64,000 nucleotides of DNA from Antechinus flavipes (taxonomy: Eukaryota): positions 492,404,001 through 492,468,000 of the forward strand of contig NC_067398.1 in assembly GCF_016432865.1 (NCBI RefSeq). The letters run 5' to 3'. A model generated the notes under the pieces. That model was given only the letters and a program-made list of their open reading frames with translations. It had not been told where the DNA came from and ran no database searches. The position numbers and the translations under genes were made by a program. Positions within the stretch are counted from its first letter, which is position 1. Every line of letters begins with the position of its first letter. Positions 52,150 through 63,741 of this stretch are shown here, piece by piece.

Positions 52150-53199
52150 CTTTTGATGTCTTCTTGGCAAAGATATTAGAGTGGCTTATCATTTCCTTTT
52201 CCACATCATTTTAAGAAATTGAGGCAAACAATGTTAAATAACTTGCCCAGGGTCCCACAGCTAACAAGTCTCTGAGATTTTAACTTAGGAAGATGAGCTT
52301 TCCTGATTCCAGGGCTGGCACTCTCTTGGCTGTGCTACCCAGATGCCCCAATCTGTTAATCTCCCCAAACTACTATTCAGTGTATTAGCTATCTCTCCTC
52401 AGTTCATGTTATCATATAAAACAAATCACATTTATGTAGTATTTAAGATTTGTAAAATCTCCTTCCCAAAATGATGTGAGTTAAGTAGTATATTATTATC
52501 TTTATTTTACAGATGAGAAAGTTAGATTTCAGAGAGGATAAGGAACTTGCCTATGTCACCTTCAGACTTTATAATAATGCTTTATATGCATTCATCTAAG
52601 TACTTAGATATGGAAATGAACCTGTAATCTAATAGATTTGGGATGTTCCACCAGGGATGCAGAAATCAACTCATCTATGCTTGTTCATCTTGGGCAGTTC
52701 TTTGTGTAATCTCCTGTAAGTTTATCATAGTAATTCTATGCAACATGTTAGAGACTTTCCTCACTTTGTCTTGACATCATGAACATACTGGTGTTACTTT
52801 TTGGCTGGCCATTTGTCGTACCATGCCCTTGCCCCATTATTTTTCTCTTATATATCCTTAATGGAGCCTTTTGCTTCTTTTTTTTTTTTTTCTTTCAAGT
52901 TCTTTAGTGTCTAAATATTGGATCCTGGTCACACCTACCATATGCTTCTCTCTTCACCTTTATATGATGTCCAAAGACAGCTGTACTCTTTTTCTTGCTT
53001 CTATACAGAAACAACCACTAGAATGTTAGTATTAGAAAAATGAACTTTTGTCTCAGAGATAAATTTAAATTTATTAAACGAGCTTATATATTTTGAAGGC
53101 AGTCCAGCCTGCTCTCTTCCTCCTTTTAAACTTTGGAATCCATTCATTGTCTACCTGAACTGTTTCTCTCAGATATACATACTGATATATATTCTCTAT

Positions 53200-53520
53200 G
53201 CCTTATTCATACCCATGCATATCATATTCTGAACAAAAGACATTTTTCATCCACTTGGTCTTTTTTGTGTGAGTGGTTAAGACAAACTATTTGGAATAGT
53301 TAAGATACTTTCCAAGGATATCTTTGATGTTCTGGGACTAAATTTGAATGGCATAATGATATCTGCAAACAAAGCTCCTCCAAGACCATACACATTATCC
53401 ATAGAGAATTCTGCTTGAATTTGAACTCTAAACCAGCTTTCCTTCATCACAATTATTATCACCTCCGATGAGTATATATCACTTTGCTTTTATGCTTTAC
53501 TTGATGGTAATGATCAAGGA
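53200..53520 (-). mobile_element. RTE LINE reverse-transcriptase fragment
   Basis: ORF 53277-53462 contains ALFADIIM...SPRT, a decayed LLFADDIVL...SPRT motif. Confidence 0.6.
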
Positions 53521-53824
53521 GTTGTTGGACAGTTATTTCTGCTATTATTTCTTTTAATTAATTTATAAAAATTTTTATATGTGATGGGAAATATATTATT
53601 GGAAGAGAGCCTCTACCAAATCAAATGTTCCTTGTGTTAATAGCAAATATATGATCTATTGTAGAATATTTCCTTTGAAAGCTGGCTTATTCGCTATTAA
53701 TACTATCATCAGAGATGTCCATTTCCTATAAAAATGATGCTTATAAGTCAGTTATTGTTAGCTGTTCCCTTACTATTTTTTTAAATGTATAAATTCCAAA
53801 TCTTGAAAATAGTATTTAAAGAGC

Positions 53825-54200
53825 AGACCCACAGATCTGATTTCAAGTTATGCCTCAGATATGTGTTGGCTTTGACCCTGGGCTAGTTACAATCTCTCAG
53901 TGCTCTAGGTCAGTGGTGTTAAACATCTAGGAACGGGATCACTGATCCATATATCAAGATCCCTATGGGCCACATGTTAACTTTGTTTTAAAATATAATG
54001 GTATCTATATTTTATTTTTTATTTACTTATTTTGTTAAATATTTCTCAATTGCATTTTAATGTGGAATATGGACATGCATTTGCTCTAGGCAACTCCAAG
54101 ACTCCAAGTTATGGAAAATGTTCTGACTGACATTGGTAGAGCAAGTTTCCCTATCCAAGTGTATCCTATACAAATGAAGACACAGATTTAGCCTCTATCT
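53825..54200 (+). mobile_element. WALLSI4-like SINE split by a hAT MITE
   Basis: ctctcagtgctctagg [insert] caactccaagactccaagtt...cattggtagagcaagtttcc. Confidence 0.7.
53911..54083. mobile_element. hAT MITE with 8-bp TSD ctctaggt/ctctaggc
   Basis: Starts cagtggtgttaaac; target fits the NTCTAGAN-like Charlie preference. Confidence 0.8.
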
Positions 54201-54489
54201 TAATATTGTTTTCCACATTGTTGATGTTTTCCCTTCCTTCAGATACTTTGTGAATTGAATGTCTCATTTCTTTTTCTCATCTCTGTTCTCTTTAGTGACA
54301 TTTCTACCTCCCTTAGAAGCACATCTGGGAATATGATATTGGGGGAAAGCATGGAACTCCACTGTCCTTGCTGGTAAAAAAAAAAAACAAAAAAAAACCA
54401 GTTTATTTTCTAAGTAATTAATAAAAATGTTGAACAGAAAAAGGCTAAGGACATAGTTAGTGGGGTACTCTACTTAAGATCTCTCTCCA

Positions 54490-54660
54490 GCTTTCCTAAA
54501 TCCATTAGTCATCATTCTTTGGGCCATGTCATCCAACCAATTTTGAATCCTTGTAACTGGAATTCTCTTTTACTACATCTTGTGTCCAAGAGTAACAAAA
54601 CACTGTCAAATACTTTGCTGTCTCCCAAGTAGTCTATATATTCTTTGTCAGTTCAGTACC
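54490..54660 (-). mobile_element. CR1/L3 RT fragment
   Basis: attctttgggccatgtcatccaaccaattttgaatcc...ctgtcaaatactttgctg. Confidence 0.6.
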
Positions 54661-54862
54661 AGTTGCTCTATAGCAATCACAGCCCTAGGGGATTTTCAGC
54701 AGGCAAATTTCAGTTTGAATATATCCTCAAAGACTTACAACAGCCCTTCATTTTCAGGGACCAAAAAAGAACCAGTAAAATATAGTAAAGTAGGCTGATC
54801 ACACAGCTGTTTGTATCACCAACCACAGTCCTATTCAGAGTTAATTAGCTTGATCATCCTAG

Positions 54863-54930
54863 TGATAGCCGTCTTTCTGGATCACACTGGAGGCACTACC
54901 AAGAGAGAGCAGCTGTACTCTGTCCCATGG
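54863..54930 (+). CDS. Candidate 68-nt exon (phase 1-0): xIAVFLDHTGGTTKREQLYSVPW
   Basis: Acceptor ttgatcatcctag, donor TGG|gtaaat; phase-compatible with 49917-49953. Confidence 0.25.
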
Positions 54931-55453
54931 GTAAATTATGGGACCATCAACCAACTGGACAACAAAAATAAAATATGGCTCTTTCAGTACTGAAAAGAAA
55001 AAAAAATTATCTAGTTGGAAAAGATAGGGGCAGGTGATGGTATCCATCAAATCCATATAGTTATCTGCATACAGTAGGCACTTAATCACTGCTTATAGCA
55101 TAAGGTTAAAAATCAGTCAAACCCTTGGGGTATGATTTCCCGGGAAATGTTTGGTCCCTTTGAAAATGAGGAGGGAGACCCTAGAACCTGGCACCCAAGT
55201 AAACAGATTTATTATGTACTTTGGGCAGAATACTGTACTAAGTAAAAGTTATTTTCTGATGTTTGAAGAGAGGTAGCTGCTGAATATCCTTTTGATAACT
55301 GTAATTCATTTTGGACTCTCCATGCAGGACTCTCAGCCTATAGAGTTTAGTTTGAGAACTATTCTGGGACTCAGTCCTAACCACTTTTTTGAAGGACCCC
55401 ACCCTCTATCTACTACAAGAAAGTCAACATCAATTTCAAAATTTGTTCTAGAA

Positions 55454-55675
55454 CACTGGTTCTAAAAGTGTGGTTTGGGAACCCTGGGTGTCTCTAAAAT
55501 CCTTTCGGGAAGTCTGCATGGAAAAGAAAATACATGAAACTATTTTCATATTAATACTAAAACATATTAGTTCCTAACATAGAAAATAAAATAGATATAC
55601 ATAAACAAGAGCTCTTTGGAGAGTCCTCAATAATTGCATAAAGGAGTGCTGTGATCAAATATCTGAGTTCTATTG
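55454..55675. mobile_element. hAT-Charlie MITE, TSD ttctagaa/ctctagaa
   Basis: Starts cactggttctaaaagtgtgg; ends atctgagttctattg. Confidence 0.8.
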
Positions 55676-55740
55676 CTCTAGAATTCCAATTAGTGACATT
55701 TTTTGCCTTCTGCTGTTCTCAGACCTCTTTTGGTCTAGAT

Positions 55741-55893
55741 CAAGATTTTTTTGAAGCTTATAGAGTCTTCAAAATAATATTTTTAAATTCATAAACTAAA
55801 AGAGATGAGCTTACAAAGTAAATCTGTTATATTGGTTATTAAAATATCAAAATAATAAAAAAATAAATTCATGGAACCCAGTAAAAGAATTGG
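55741..55893. mobile_element. hAT-Charlie MITE, TSD gtctagat/gtctagac
   Basis: Internally deleted member of the family seen at 18322 and 38195. Confidence 0.75.
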
Positions 55894-56002
55894 GTCTAGA
55901 CAACTATATTCCTAAATAAGTTCAATGGAACACTTATGATGAAAAAGAGAAACAGATAGACAAATGGATATGGACAATGGAAGGAAAATAGAAGGATGGA
56001 AG

Positions 56003-56209
56003 NNNNNNNNNNNNNNNNNNNNNNNNNNNNNNNNNNNNNNNNNNNNNNNNNNNNNNNNNNNNNNNNNNNNNNNNNNNNNNNNNNNNNNNNNNNNNNNNNN
56101 NNNNNNNNNNNNNNNNNNNNNNNNNNNNNNNNNNNNNNNNNNNNNNNNNNNNNNNNNNNNNNNNNNNNNNNNNNNNNNNNNNNNNNNNNNNNNNNNNNNN
56201 NNNNNNNNN
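56003..56209. other. Assembly gap (207 N)
   Basis: N run. Confidence 1.
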
Positions 56210-56879
56210 GAAGTTTTTGTATTTAGAAGACTAGTTATGAAATAGCTCAATTTTATACCCCTAGTTAAAGAGCAAAATTGTGTAATGGTAGTCTGGGGGT
56301 TCCTTGTGTTAGCAAAAATCCTTCCCTCCTGTGTGATTTTCATTGTTCCCTCATGTTGCAAACAAAAGGACTCTAGGCAACATAAAGATAGGGTTAATCA
56401 CAGGTGTTTAGGAGAAATAACATTAAATTTGATAAATGAATTAGGCGGAAGTAAGTTAAGAGAAGGGTAAGGCTTAGCAGTTTTTCTCATTTTTTCTTAG
56501 CACTCCTGTTACTAGAAGCAGATCTCATGATAAAAAAAATAAAACAACTCCCCTCCCCTCTCCTAAAAAAAAAAAAGCAAATTCAAGACAAGAATCATAC
56601 ACCCCATACTTTGTCCCCTTAGAAATCATCTCTTCTAGCATTAAAGAATGGAACCACAAATGTGGCAGACACTGACTACTCTCTTCAAATTTTTTTTGCC
56701 CAGTGGGATGATTCTTCTCTTATTTTCTTTAGAATGCTTAATTTCCATTATAGCTTATATGTGAATGCCTCCATCCTCTTAGCTGAAGGCCAACATAATT
56801 TTAATTTCCTCTTTTCCAAAACCATGAAATACAATAAATCTTTAGGGTTTTGTTTCAACAACTAACCCCTTAACAAAGG

Positions 56880-57010
56880 TAAAAAGGAAGGAAGGAAACA
56901 GAGAAAGAAGGTAGAACAGAAGAAACAAATGAAGGACAAAAGGAACTAATGAAGAAAAGGAGAAGAAAAGAAAAAAAGAAGGAATGGAAAGAGGAAAGAA
57001 AGGAAGAAGA
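56880..57010 (+). repeat. Purine-rich low-complexity tract
   Basis: aaaaggaaggaaggaaacagagaaagaagg... Confidence 0.85.
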
Positions 57011-57094
57011 CTTCAATGCAAAAAATATTTTTCCATCTGTAATTTTTTTGAAAAAATTAAATTTAGTGTTATTTTGCTAAAGAAGATAATTTAT

Positions 57095-57365
57095 CTGGCA
57101 AACCATTATATATTTGCCTCTTAGAGTTCAGTTTTATAAAAGATACAAATGCATACAACAATTTTTCTCATGAATATTTATGAATGACATATATAAAAGT
57201 AAAGCAGAGATTTGTCCTTTGGTTGATATTTTGCAGCTCTTCAATGAACTTCTACTTCTGGTGAATTGTGAAAGGCTTTTAAATTTGATTAGGAGTCACA
57301 TTTTTCTAGATTTAGATTTTTTTTTTTTTTTTTTTTTTTACTAATGATCACATCATTTTTGAAAA
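57095..57365 (+). repeat. Left arm of the older inverted repeat
   Basis: Roughly 80-88% identical to the reverse complement of 58357-58621. Confidence 0.9.
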
Positions 57366-57414
57366 GGAACTACATAGATTCAAGCCATTCTTGTTCCAAT
57401 AAAACTCACGGAGC

Positions 57415-57585
57415 TTGTTGTTTGTCTTTCATTCTCAAAGAGGATCATGATATCAGGGAGATGATGCCATGACATGCAAGTGAATTGGATTTAAATGAGG
57501 GAGGGCTATGCAAGGTCACCTGCCTCACTTTCTCCTTCAGAATCATCTGGTTCCAGTGGCAAGATATAAATCAAGATGATTAGCG
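57415..57585 (-). mobile_element. Marsupial RTE-related SINE (MdoRep1-like)
   Basis: ttgttgtttgtctttcattctcaaagaggatcatga...gtgaattggatttaaatgagggagggct. Confidence 0.7.
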
Positions 57586-58356
57586 TTCACCCTTATCAAA
57601 AGGTTATTGTTTCTTTTTCATCATGAGTTGGAATATGTTCATGATTCCCAACTTGTGGGATCCACAGACAGTTATATCTGCTAAGATGCAGAACTGTTTC
57701 TTTTAAAATAATTAATATGCACAAAGTTATTATTAAATAAAATTAAATTTAAAAAAATAAAGACCTTACACAAAGAAAAAAAAATAATTAATATGAAATT
57801 ACACATCACAATGCCAAAGTACAAGAAATACTTTAAATGTGAAAGTTGACTCAATTTTCTCTGTTTTGTAGTACAATTTCCCCAAATATTTTTTCATAGC
57901 ATTCCACATATTCAAACCAATATTTAGGATCTATCTCTTCTCTGTTTGTCTCTCTCTGTTTCTGTCTTTCTCTCAGACTAAAATGTCTTGCATCTAAATT
58001 AGATTAGACGCCAGTGGTCTGGGCATACAAATTTGCTTGGTCTACAGTGAAACCTTGCCATATTTCAATTTAGCTTTTATTTTTTTTACAAATATTTTCA
58101 AATTAGAAAATTTTGATTTCACATCTGATACATTCTGTATTTGAATATAAACTTTAAAAAGTTATATTTACAGCTATTTAAGCCAATTGCTATTGCTCAT
58201 ATTTGACTCTTCATTCTTATTCACGCCATATATTCCATCTGTTACCAAGTCTTGTCTTTTCTACTATTACATCTTTCAGATAATTTCAGTTCTTTCCACT
58301 CACTCAGTCTCCACTAAAGTATGGTCCTGACATCTGGACTATTACAATAGTTTGTT

Positions 58357-58621
58357 GTTTTCAGAAAAAAAAAAAAAGATATGTAAAAATGATAGTAAAA
58401 GAAAAAAAAATCTAAAACTATGAGAAAATGTGACTCCTAACTAAATTTAAGAGCTTTTCACAATTCACCAGAAGTGGAAGTCCATTGCAGAACTGCAAAT
58501 CCCTCCCTGAATTTTATATGTGTCATTCATTAGTATCCATGGGGAAAAAAAATTGTTGTATGCATTTGTACTTTTTATCAAATTGGACTCTTAGGGACAA
58601 ATTTTTATAATAATTTGTCAG
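58357..58621 (-). repeat. Right arm of the older inverted repeat, inserted into an L2 (58190-58790)
   Basis: L2 reads catctggactattacaatag [arm] ttgattttcctgtctcaagtctc, contiguous in the L2 consensus. Confidence 0.85.
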
Positions 58622-58834
58622 TTGATTTTCCTGTCTCAAGTCTCAACTCACTCCAGTCCATCTTCCACTCAGCTATCTAACTCATCTTCCCAAAGTGCAT
58701 TTCTAACCATTTTACCATTCTACTCAAACTTCAGTCTTTCTATTGTCTCTAGGGCCAAATATAACTCTTTCTATTTGACTCTTAAAGTTATTTACAAGAA
58801 CTGGACATTGAGGAGATGCCTATCACTTATGTAA

Positions 58835-59275
58835 TGACTAAGCAAATTATGGTATATAATTGTGGCAAAATACTATTGCGCAGTAACAAATGAAGAGCAA
58901 GTTGATTTTAGAAAATCCTGGAAAGATTTGTCTGAAATTATGAAGAGTGAAATGAGCAGAACCAAGAGAACATTGGGTATGGCAATATCGCCCAAAGACT
59001 AACTGAAAGACTAGGATGAAATGAGTATTTTATATATTCAATCAACTCCAAAGAATCTATGAAGAAAGATGCTATCCACATCCAGAGAAAGAACTGACAG
59101 AAAGTATGTATATGATTGTGCACACATACATATCTATTCATATGTATGTGTGTGTATGTGTGTGTGAAATGGTAGCCTTCTCCAGTGTGGTATGGAGAGA
59201 GAGGGAAGGAGACAGTATGGAGCTTAAAATGTAACCAAAAATTAAATAAAATTAATTAAAAATTTAAAAATAAAG
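58835..59275 (+). mobile_element. L1 3' region
   Basis: gagtgaaatgagcagaaccaagagaacattg...gctatccacatccagagaaagaactg. Confidence 0.8.
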
Positions 59276-59354
59276 CTCTTTACAACTTGGCTTCTTTCTA
59301 AATTTTTAGTGTTCTTACATTTTATTTTCCTCCACGTATGTATTTGGTACATAA

Positions 59355-60270
59355 CACTTTATTTTATTTTCCCCCAGTTACATGTAAAGGCAATTTTTAA
59401 CATTTAAAAAAACAAACTTTGAAATCCAAATTTTCTCTCTCCCTTCCTCACCTTCCCCCTCCCAAGACAGTAAGCAATAGTTTATATATGTTTAATCATG
59501 CAAAACATTATCATATTAGTTAGGCAGATAGCATTTTGGAAAATGCTTGGTGATTTATTAAAACTGTTTCTTTCTCCACAGTATCTTTTGGATATATCCT
59601 CTTTTCCCCCTATCATAGTCCCTACCCTAGTTTGAACCCTCATCTTGCCTGAACTATTGCAATGGCTTTCTAATTGTTTTCCCCATATCAACTCTCTTTC
59701 CACTCCAATATATCCTTCATATAGCTTCCAAAATGATTTTCCTAAAGTGTGAGTATAAAAATGTTACCCCCCATATTCAGCAAATTTCTGTAGTTCCCTA
59801 TTATTTCCTTTAGGATCAAATGTAAGCTCTTTTGTTTGGCATTTAAAACTTTCCTTTCTTTACCTTTCCTTTCTTCTTATACTTGATTATTCTCCATGCA
59901 TTTTATGGTCCAGCTTTACTGGTTTATTTGCTCACAATACTCCATCTCCCACTTTTATGCCCTTTCAATGGCCCCTTTTCATTCCTGGAATGTTCTTCCT
60001 ACTCACTTTTTCTTTTAGGATCCCTAGCTTTCTTTAAGATTCAGCTGAAATCCCAATTTCCTCAAGTGACCTTGCCAAATGCTCCTCTCAAATGCTACTG
60101 CCTTCCCCTTTTAGGTTGCTTTCAATTTATGTTATATCTTACACACATACAAACACACACACACATACACACACAAACTGTTTTCCATATAAAAATATGA
60201 GCTCCCTAAGGAAAATATATTTTTTTTGCATTTAACAAAAAAATCTTCACTTGGCAATGTATCTGATATG
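59355..60270. mobile_element. Minus-strand L1 3' end (59355-59525) followed by plus-strand L2 (59590-60270)
   Basis: ttacatgtaaaggcaatttttaac...; ccctcatcttgcctgaactattgcaatggc... (L2). Confidence 0.7.
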
Positions 60271-61387
60271 AAGTGATCCATCATTGATTGATGGTTATAA
60301 TTTGTTGGAGAAGTGTTAAATGTTTAAAAATGTGAGCTTTTTTTTTCCCCCTGAAGAAAAGATGTTGAGATGTGTCAGAGAGAAATAAAAAAGTGAAGTT
60401 AGCAACACAAACTAATCAGGCAGTGAGCTTGGCAGTGAGTGAGGCAGCTGCTTTGTAAAGTCACAAGCTTCCAACTAATTCTGAGTTAGAAGGGATGGCA
60501 GATCAAAAGCTGGGAGAAGGAATGGAAAATCATTCCGACTGGGCCTAGGTAGCAAGGTCTGTGTAAAGCCAAGGCCTTGGGAGCTGTTCTGAAGTTTTGC
60601 TTTGTCATTTGTTTCCCCTCTAACAGGAGACAGTGCTAGGCACCTAATCCTGCTCATGGGGCTTTGGCTGAGGGCACCATCCTGCTTGGAGGCCAATTTC
60701 GGATGCAACATTTGTCACCTGCCTTGTGGGTTTATTCCCAGAAGAGTATGACTTGGGAAATGCTTCTCTGACTTTCCTAGCTCCCATTATGTTATCATGT
60801 GCTTCAAATCTTTGTTTTTTTCTTTATTTATTTCATATATTCAGAGGCTCCTATGATGAGTTTGGCAAAATTATCTAAGCCATGTCTAAAGAATTTCCCC
60901 ATGTGATGATAACACAAGGTGTCTAGAAACTCTTAGAGTTTCCATTCTGCAGAGCTTAAGGAATATTTATTGATGGATTAATTTCACATCTTCCTTAAAA
61001 GTAATTTCTATCTCCTAATTCCTCTTCATGTAGACTGCATTCACTAGTAATTTACAAGTTCTCTTCTCCATTCCAGTAGAAAAATTCCTTAAGTTCTTTT
61101 TGCCTTTCCTGTACCTTTAGAATTTAGAATAGTGCCTGACACATAGAAAGCGATGTTCAATGACTTTTGGGAGCTTTTCCTGATTTCCCCAGCTGCTAAG
61201 GCCACCTTGCATCTACATTCTGTGCCTTATTTATCTGCATATAATATCTTTCTCACTAGAATATATGCTCCTTGAGGAAAGAGTCTGGTTTTGTCTTTCT
61301 TTGTATTGACCTAGTGATTGGCTGATAGTAAGCAAGTAACTTCTGATTGCAAAAGATCTTTTTCTGAATGCAAATTCAAGTATACTA

Positions 61388-61717
61388 TTTTTTATTTATT
61401 GGGAAGAGGGTTGTCTTTCACAATATGATTTATATAGAAATATGTTTTGCATGATTGCACATATATATAACCTATATTAAATTGTTTGCCATCCTAGGAA
61501 AAGAGAGAGGGAGAGAATTTGGAACTCAAAATTTTTTAGTGAATATTCAAAATTATTTTACATGTAATTAGGAAAATATTATTTAAAAATATGCATCTGT
61601 ACAACACAAATATTCTACTATGAATGTCAGCCAAGAAATAATAGTCCTATCATCAATCACTAAATATATGTGAGTGTATATATACGTATAAATATTCATA
61701 TCAGACACACATACATG

Positions 61718-61758
<41 letters not shown>

Positions 61759-61817
61759 ACATACACATAAAAAACAGGTAACCAACTTTGAGTAGGAAAG
61801 CAACTCTAGACCAGTCT
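61388..61817 (+). repeat. Left arm of the young inverted duplication (L1 3' fragment, unique DNA, (AC)n)
   Basis: About 94-95% identical to the reverse complement of 63260-63741 outside the microsatellite. Confidence 0.95.
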
Positions 61818-63259
61818 TTATGCATATATATGTGTGTGTGTGTGTGTGTGTTTAAGAAAATACGCTATAAAGTCACATATCCTTCCCATTCCTCCTCCTC
61901 TCCCTCGTGGGGGTCTTTTCACCCTGGTGATATCTTTACGTTGAACCTCTGCTACCTGAATGGGGAGAGACTACCTAAGCTGCTATTTTAGAAAGGGCCT
62001 CAGCCATGCTTTGGTTGACTCATGACTCTTCTCTTCAGACTTCTTTTTCTCCTGTACTTCAGCAGCTACCTTGTCCTCCCATATCTTTATAGATCTTTTT
62101 GTTAGATAGGAGGTGCCTTCTTTGTTTTTATATGTATCATCAGTATTTAGCAATTTCATGGTGCATAGTAAGTGCTTAATAAATTCTCACTCACTCTATC
62201 AACTTTATAACCTACTATATTTTACAAGTCATTTGAGAGATTTTCTTAAGATGTTATTTTTTTCAATATTTTGTGTGCTGTTTTCACCAGGCTCTTATTT
62301 TCTTTTCATATTTTTCTTCTTTTGTTTTCATTTATTTACAGAGTTTTTCCTCTACTTCTTGTACTTGATTTTGAAAAGAGAGGGAGGCTGATAATAAGAA
62401 TAACTGAAAGGTGATTTCATTAGTCAAGATAATATATGCAAACGAGGATGATAAAACTTGGGTTAATATGCTAAGAATAGGAAAGGAAAGGAAAGGAAAA
62501 GACAATTTGAATCAATAAGATTTGATAACTAACATTGATAACTAACAACATTGAAAATGAAATGAAGGAATAAATAAAAAGATTTCCAAGATTTTAAACT
62601 TGAGTGAATAGAATAATAGTGCACCATTGACAGAAATAAAAAATTTATGATTTATTAGAATGAAGCTTCTTGAGACCAGGGATTATCTTTTTGCTTTTAT
62701 TTGTTTTGTTTTTATTTTATTTACCCCCAGAAGTTAATACTGTGCCTAGTGCACAATAAAAGCTTGATAAATACATATTACCTTGCCTTATCAAAAAGAT
62801 GATAAGGAGTAAATGGGAAAGATGATTTTGGTTTTAGATAATATGAATTTAACTTGAAAATAGGAAATTTGCTCTTCTGCCCTTCAGCTTCTTTACTAGA
62901 CTATATGTTCCTTAAGGGCAGATACTGTCTTTTTTTTCTTATTATCCCCAGTGTTTAGCACAGTATATGGCACAGAGTAAGTACTTAATAAATGTTTATT
63001 AACTGATATCCAGGCTGAAATGTCCAGTAGGCATTTGAGATGTTGAAGTACCTCTCAGATGGGAAATTGATTGAATATAGATAGATGAGAATTTTAAAGG
63101 CAAGTAGAATCTAAAATTATCTATCTTTAGTTCTCTTCTTTTACAGACTAGGAAATTGAGTTTGCAATTAAGTCAGGGTCACCAAACTAGAATTAGTACA
63201 CTTCAAATGTTCATCTCTTGGTGGTTGACTTTCTTATACTGAGTTCCTCTCAAAAAATT

Positions 63260-63741
63260 AGATTGGCCTAGAGTTGCTTTCCTACTCAAAGTTGGTTACC
63301 TGTTTTTTATGTGTATGTATATATACACATAGATACATACATATACATATATACATGTATATGTCTGATATGAATATTTATATATACATGTATGTGTATC
63401 TGATATGAATATTTATGTGTATATACACACTCACATAGATTTACTGATTGATGATAGGACTATTATTTCTTGGCTGGCATTCATAGTAGAATATTTGTGT
63501 TGTACAGATACATATTTTTAAATAATATTATATTTTTAAATAATATTTTCCTAATTACACGTAAAAATAATTTTGAATATTCATTAAAAAACATTTTGAG
63601 TTCCAAATTCTCTCCCTCCCTCTTTTCCTGGGATGGCAAACAATTTAATATAGGTTATATATATATGCAATCATGCAAAACCTATTTCTATATAAATCAT
63701 GTTGTGAAAGAAGACAACCCCTCTCCCCAATAAATAAAAAA
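63260..63741 (-). repeat. Right arm of the young inverted duplication
   Basis: Same composite sequence in opposite orientation, with two extra small tandem duplications. Confidence 0.95.

Larger units (their letters stand above)
51180..52430 (-). mobile_element. CR1/L3 LINE fragment hosting WSINE1, a tandem duplication and a MAR1 (52150-52350)
   Basis: ORF 51065-51355 reads SYFRNDINKPEKMV...PGKRRL, a decayed CR1 RT C-terminus (compare HFKKDIDKLERVQ...EKRRL). Confidence 0.7.

Noticed and set aside
54758-54798. GTKKEPVKYSKVG* as an ITIM-bearing terminal exon
   Set aside because: A six-residue motif with no supporting Ig or transmembrane exons; adjacent to CR1 debris.
13408-56361. Longer ORFs containing X runs (13.4, 15.8, 22.9, 55.9 kb)
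   Set aside because: Artefacts of translating through N gaps.
1159-63733. Short ORFs in the six-frame track as stand-alone genes
   Set aside because: Uninterrupted ORFs are all 141 aa or shorter, many start at GTG/TTG, composition is low-complexity or F/L/I/S-rich, and many overlap L2, L1, CR1 or microsatellites. None resembles a host protein I recognise.
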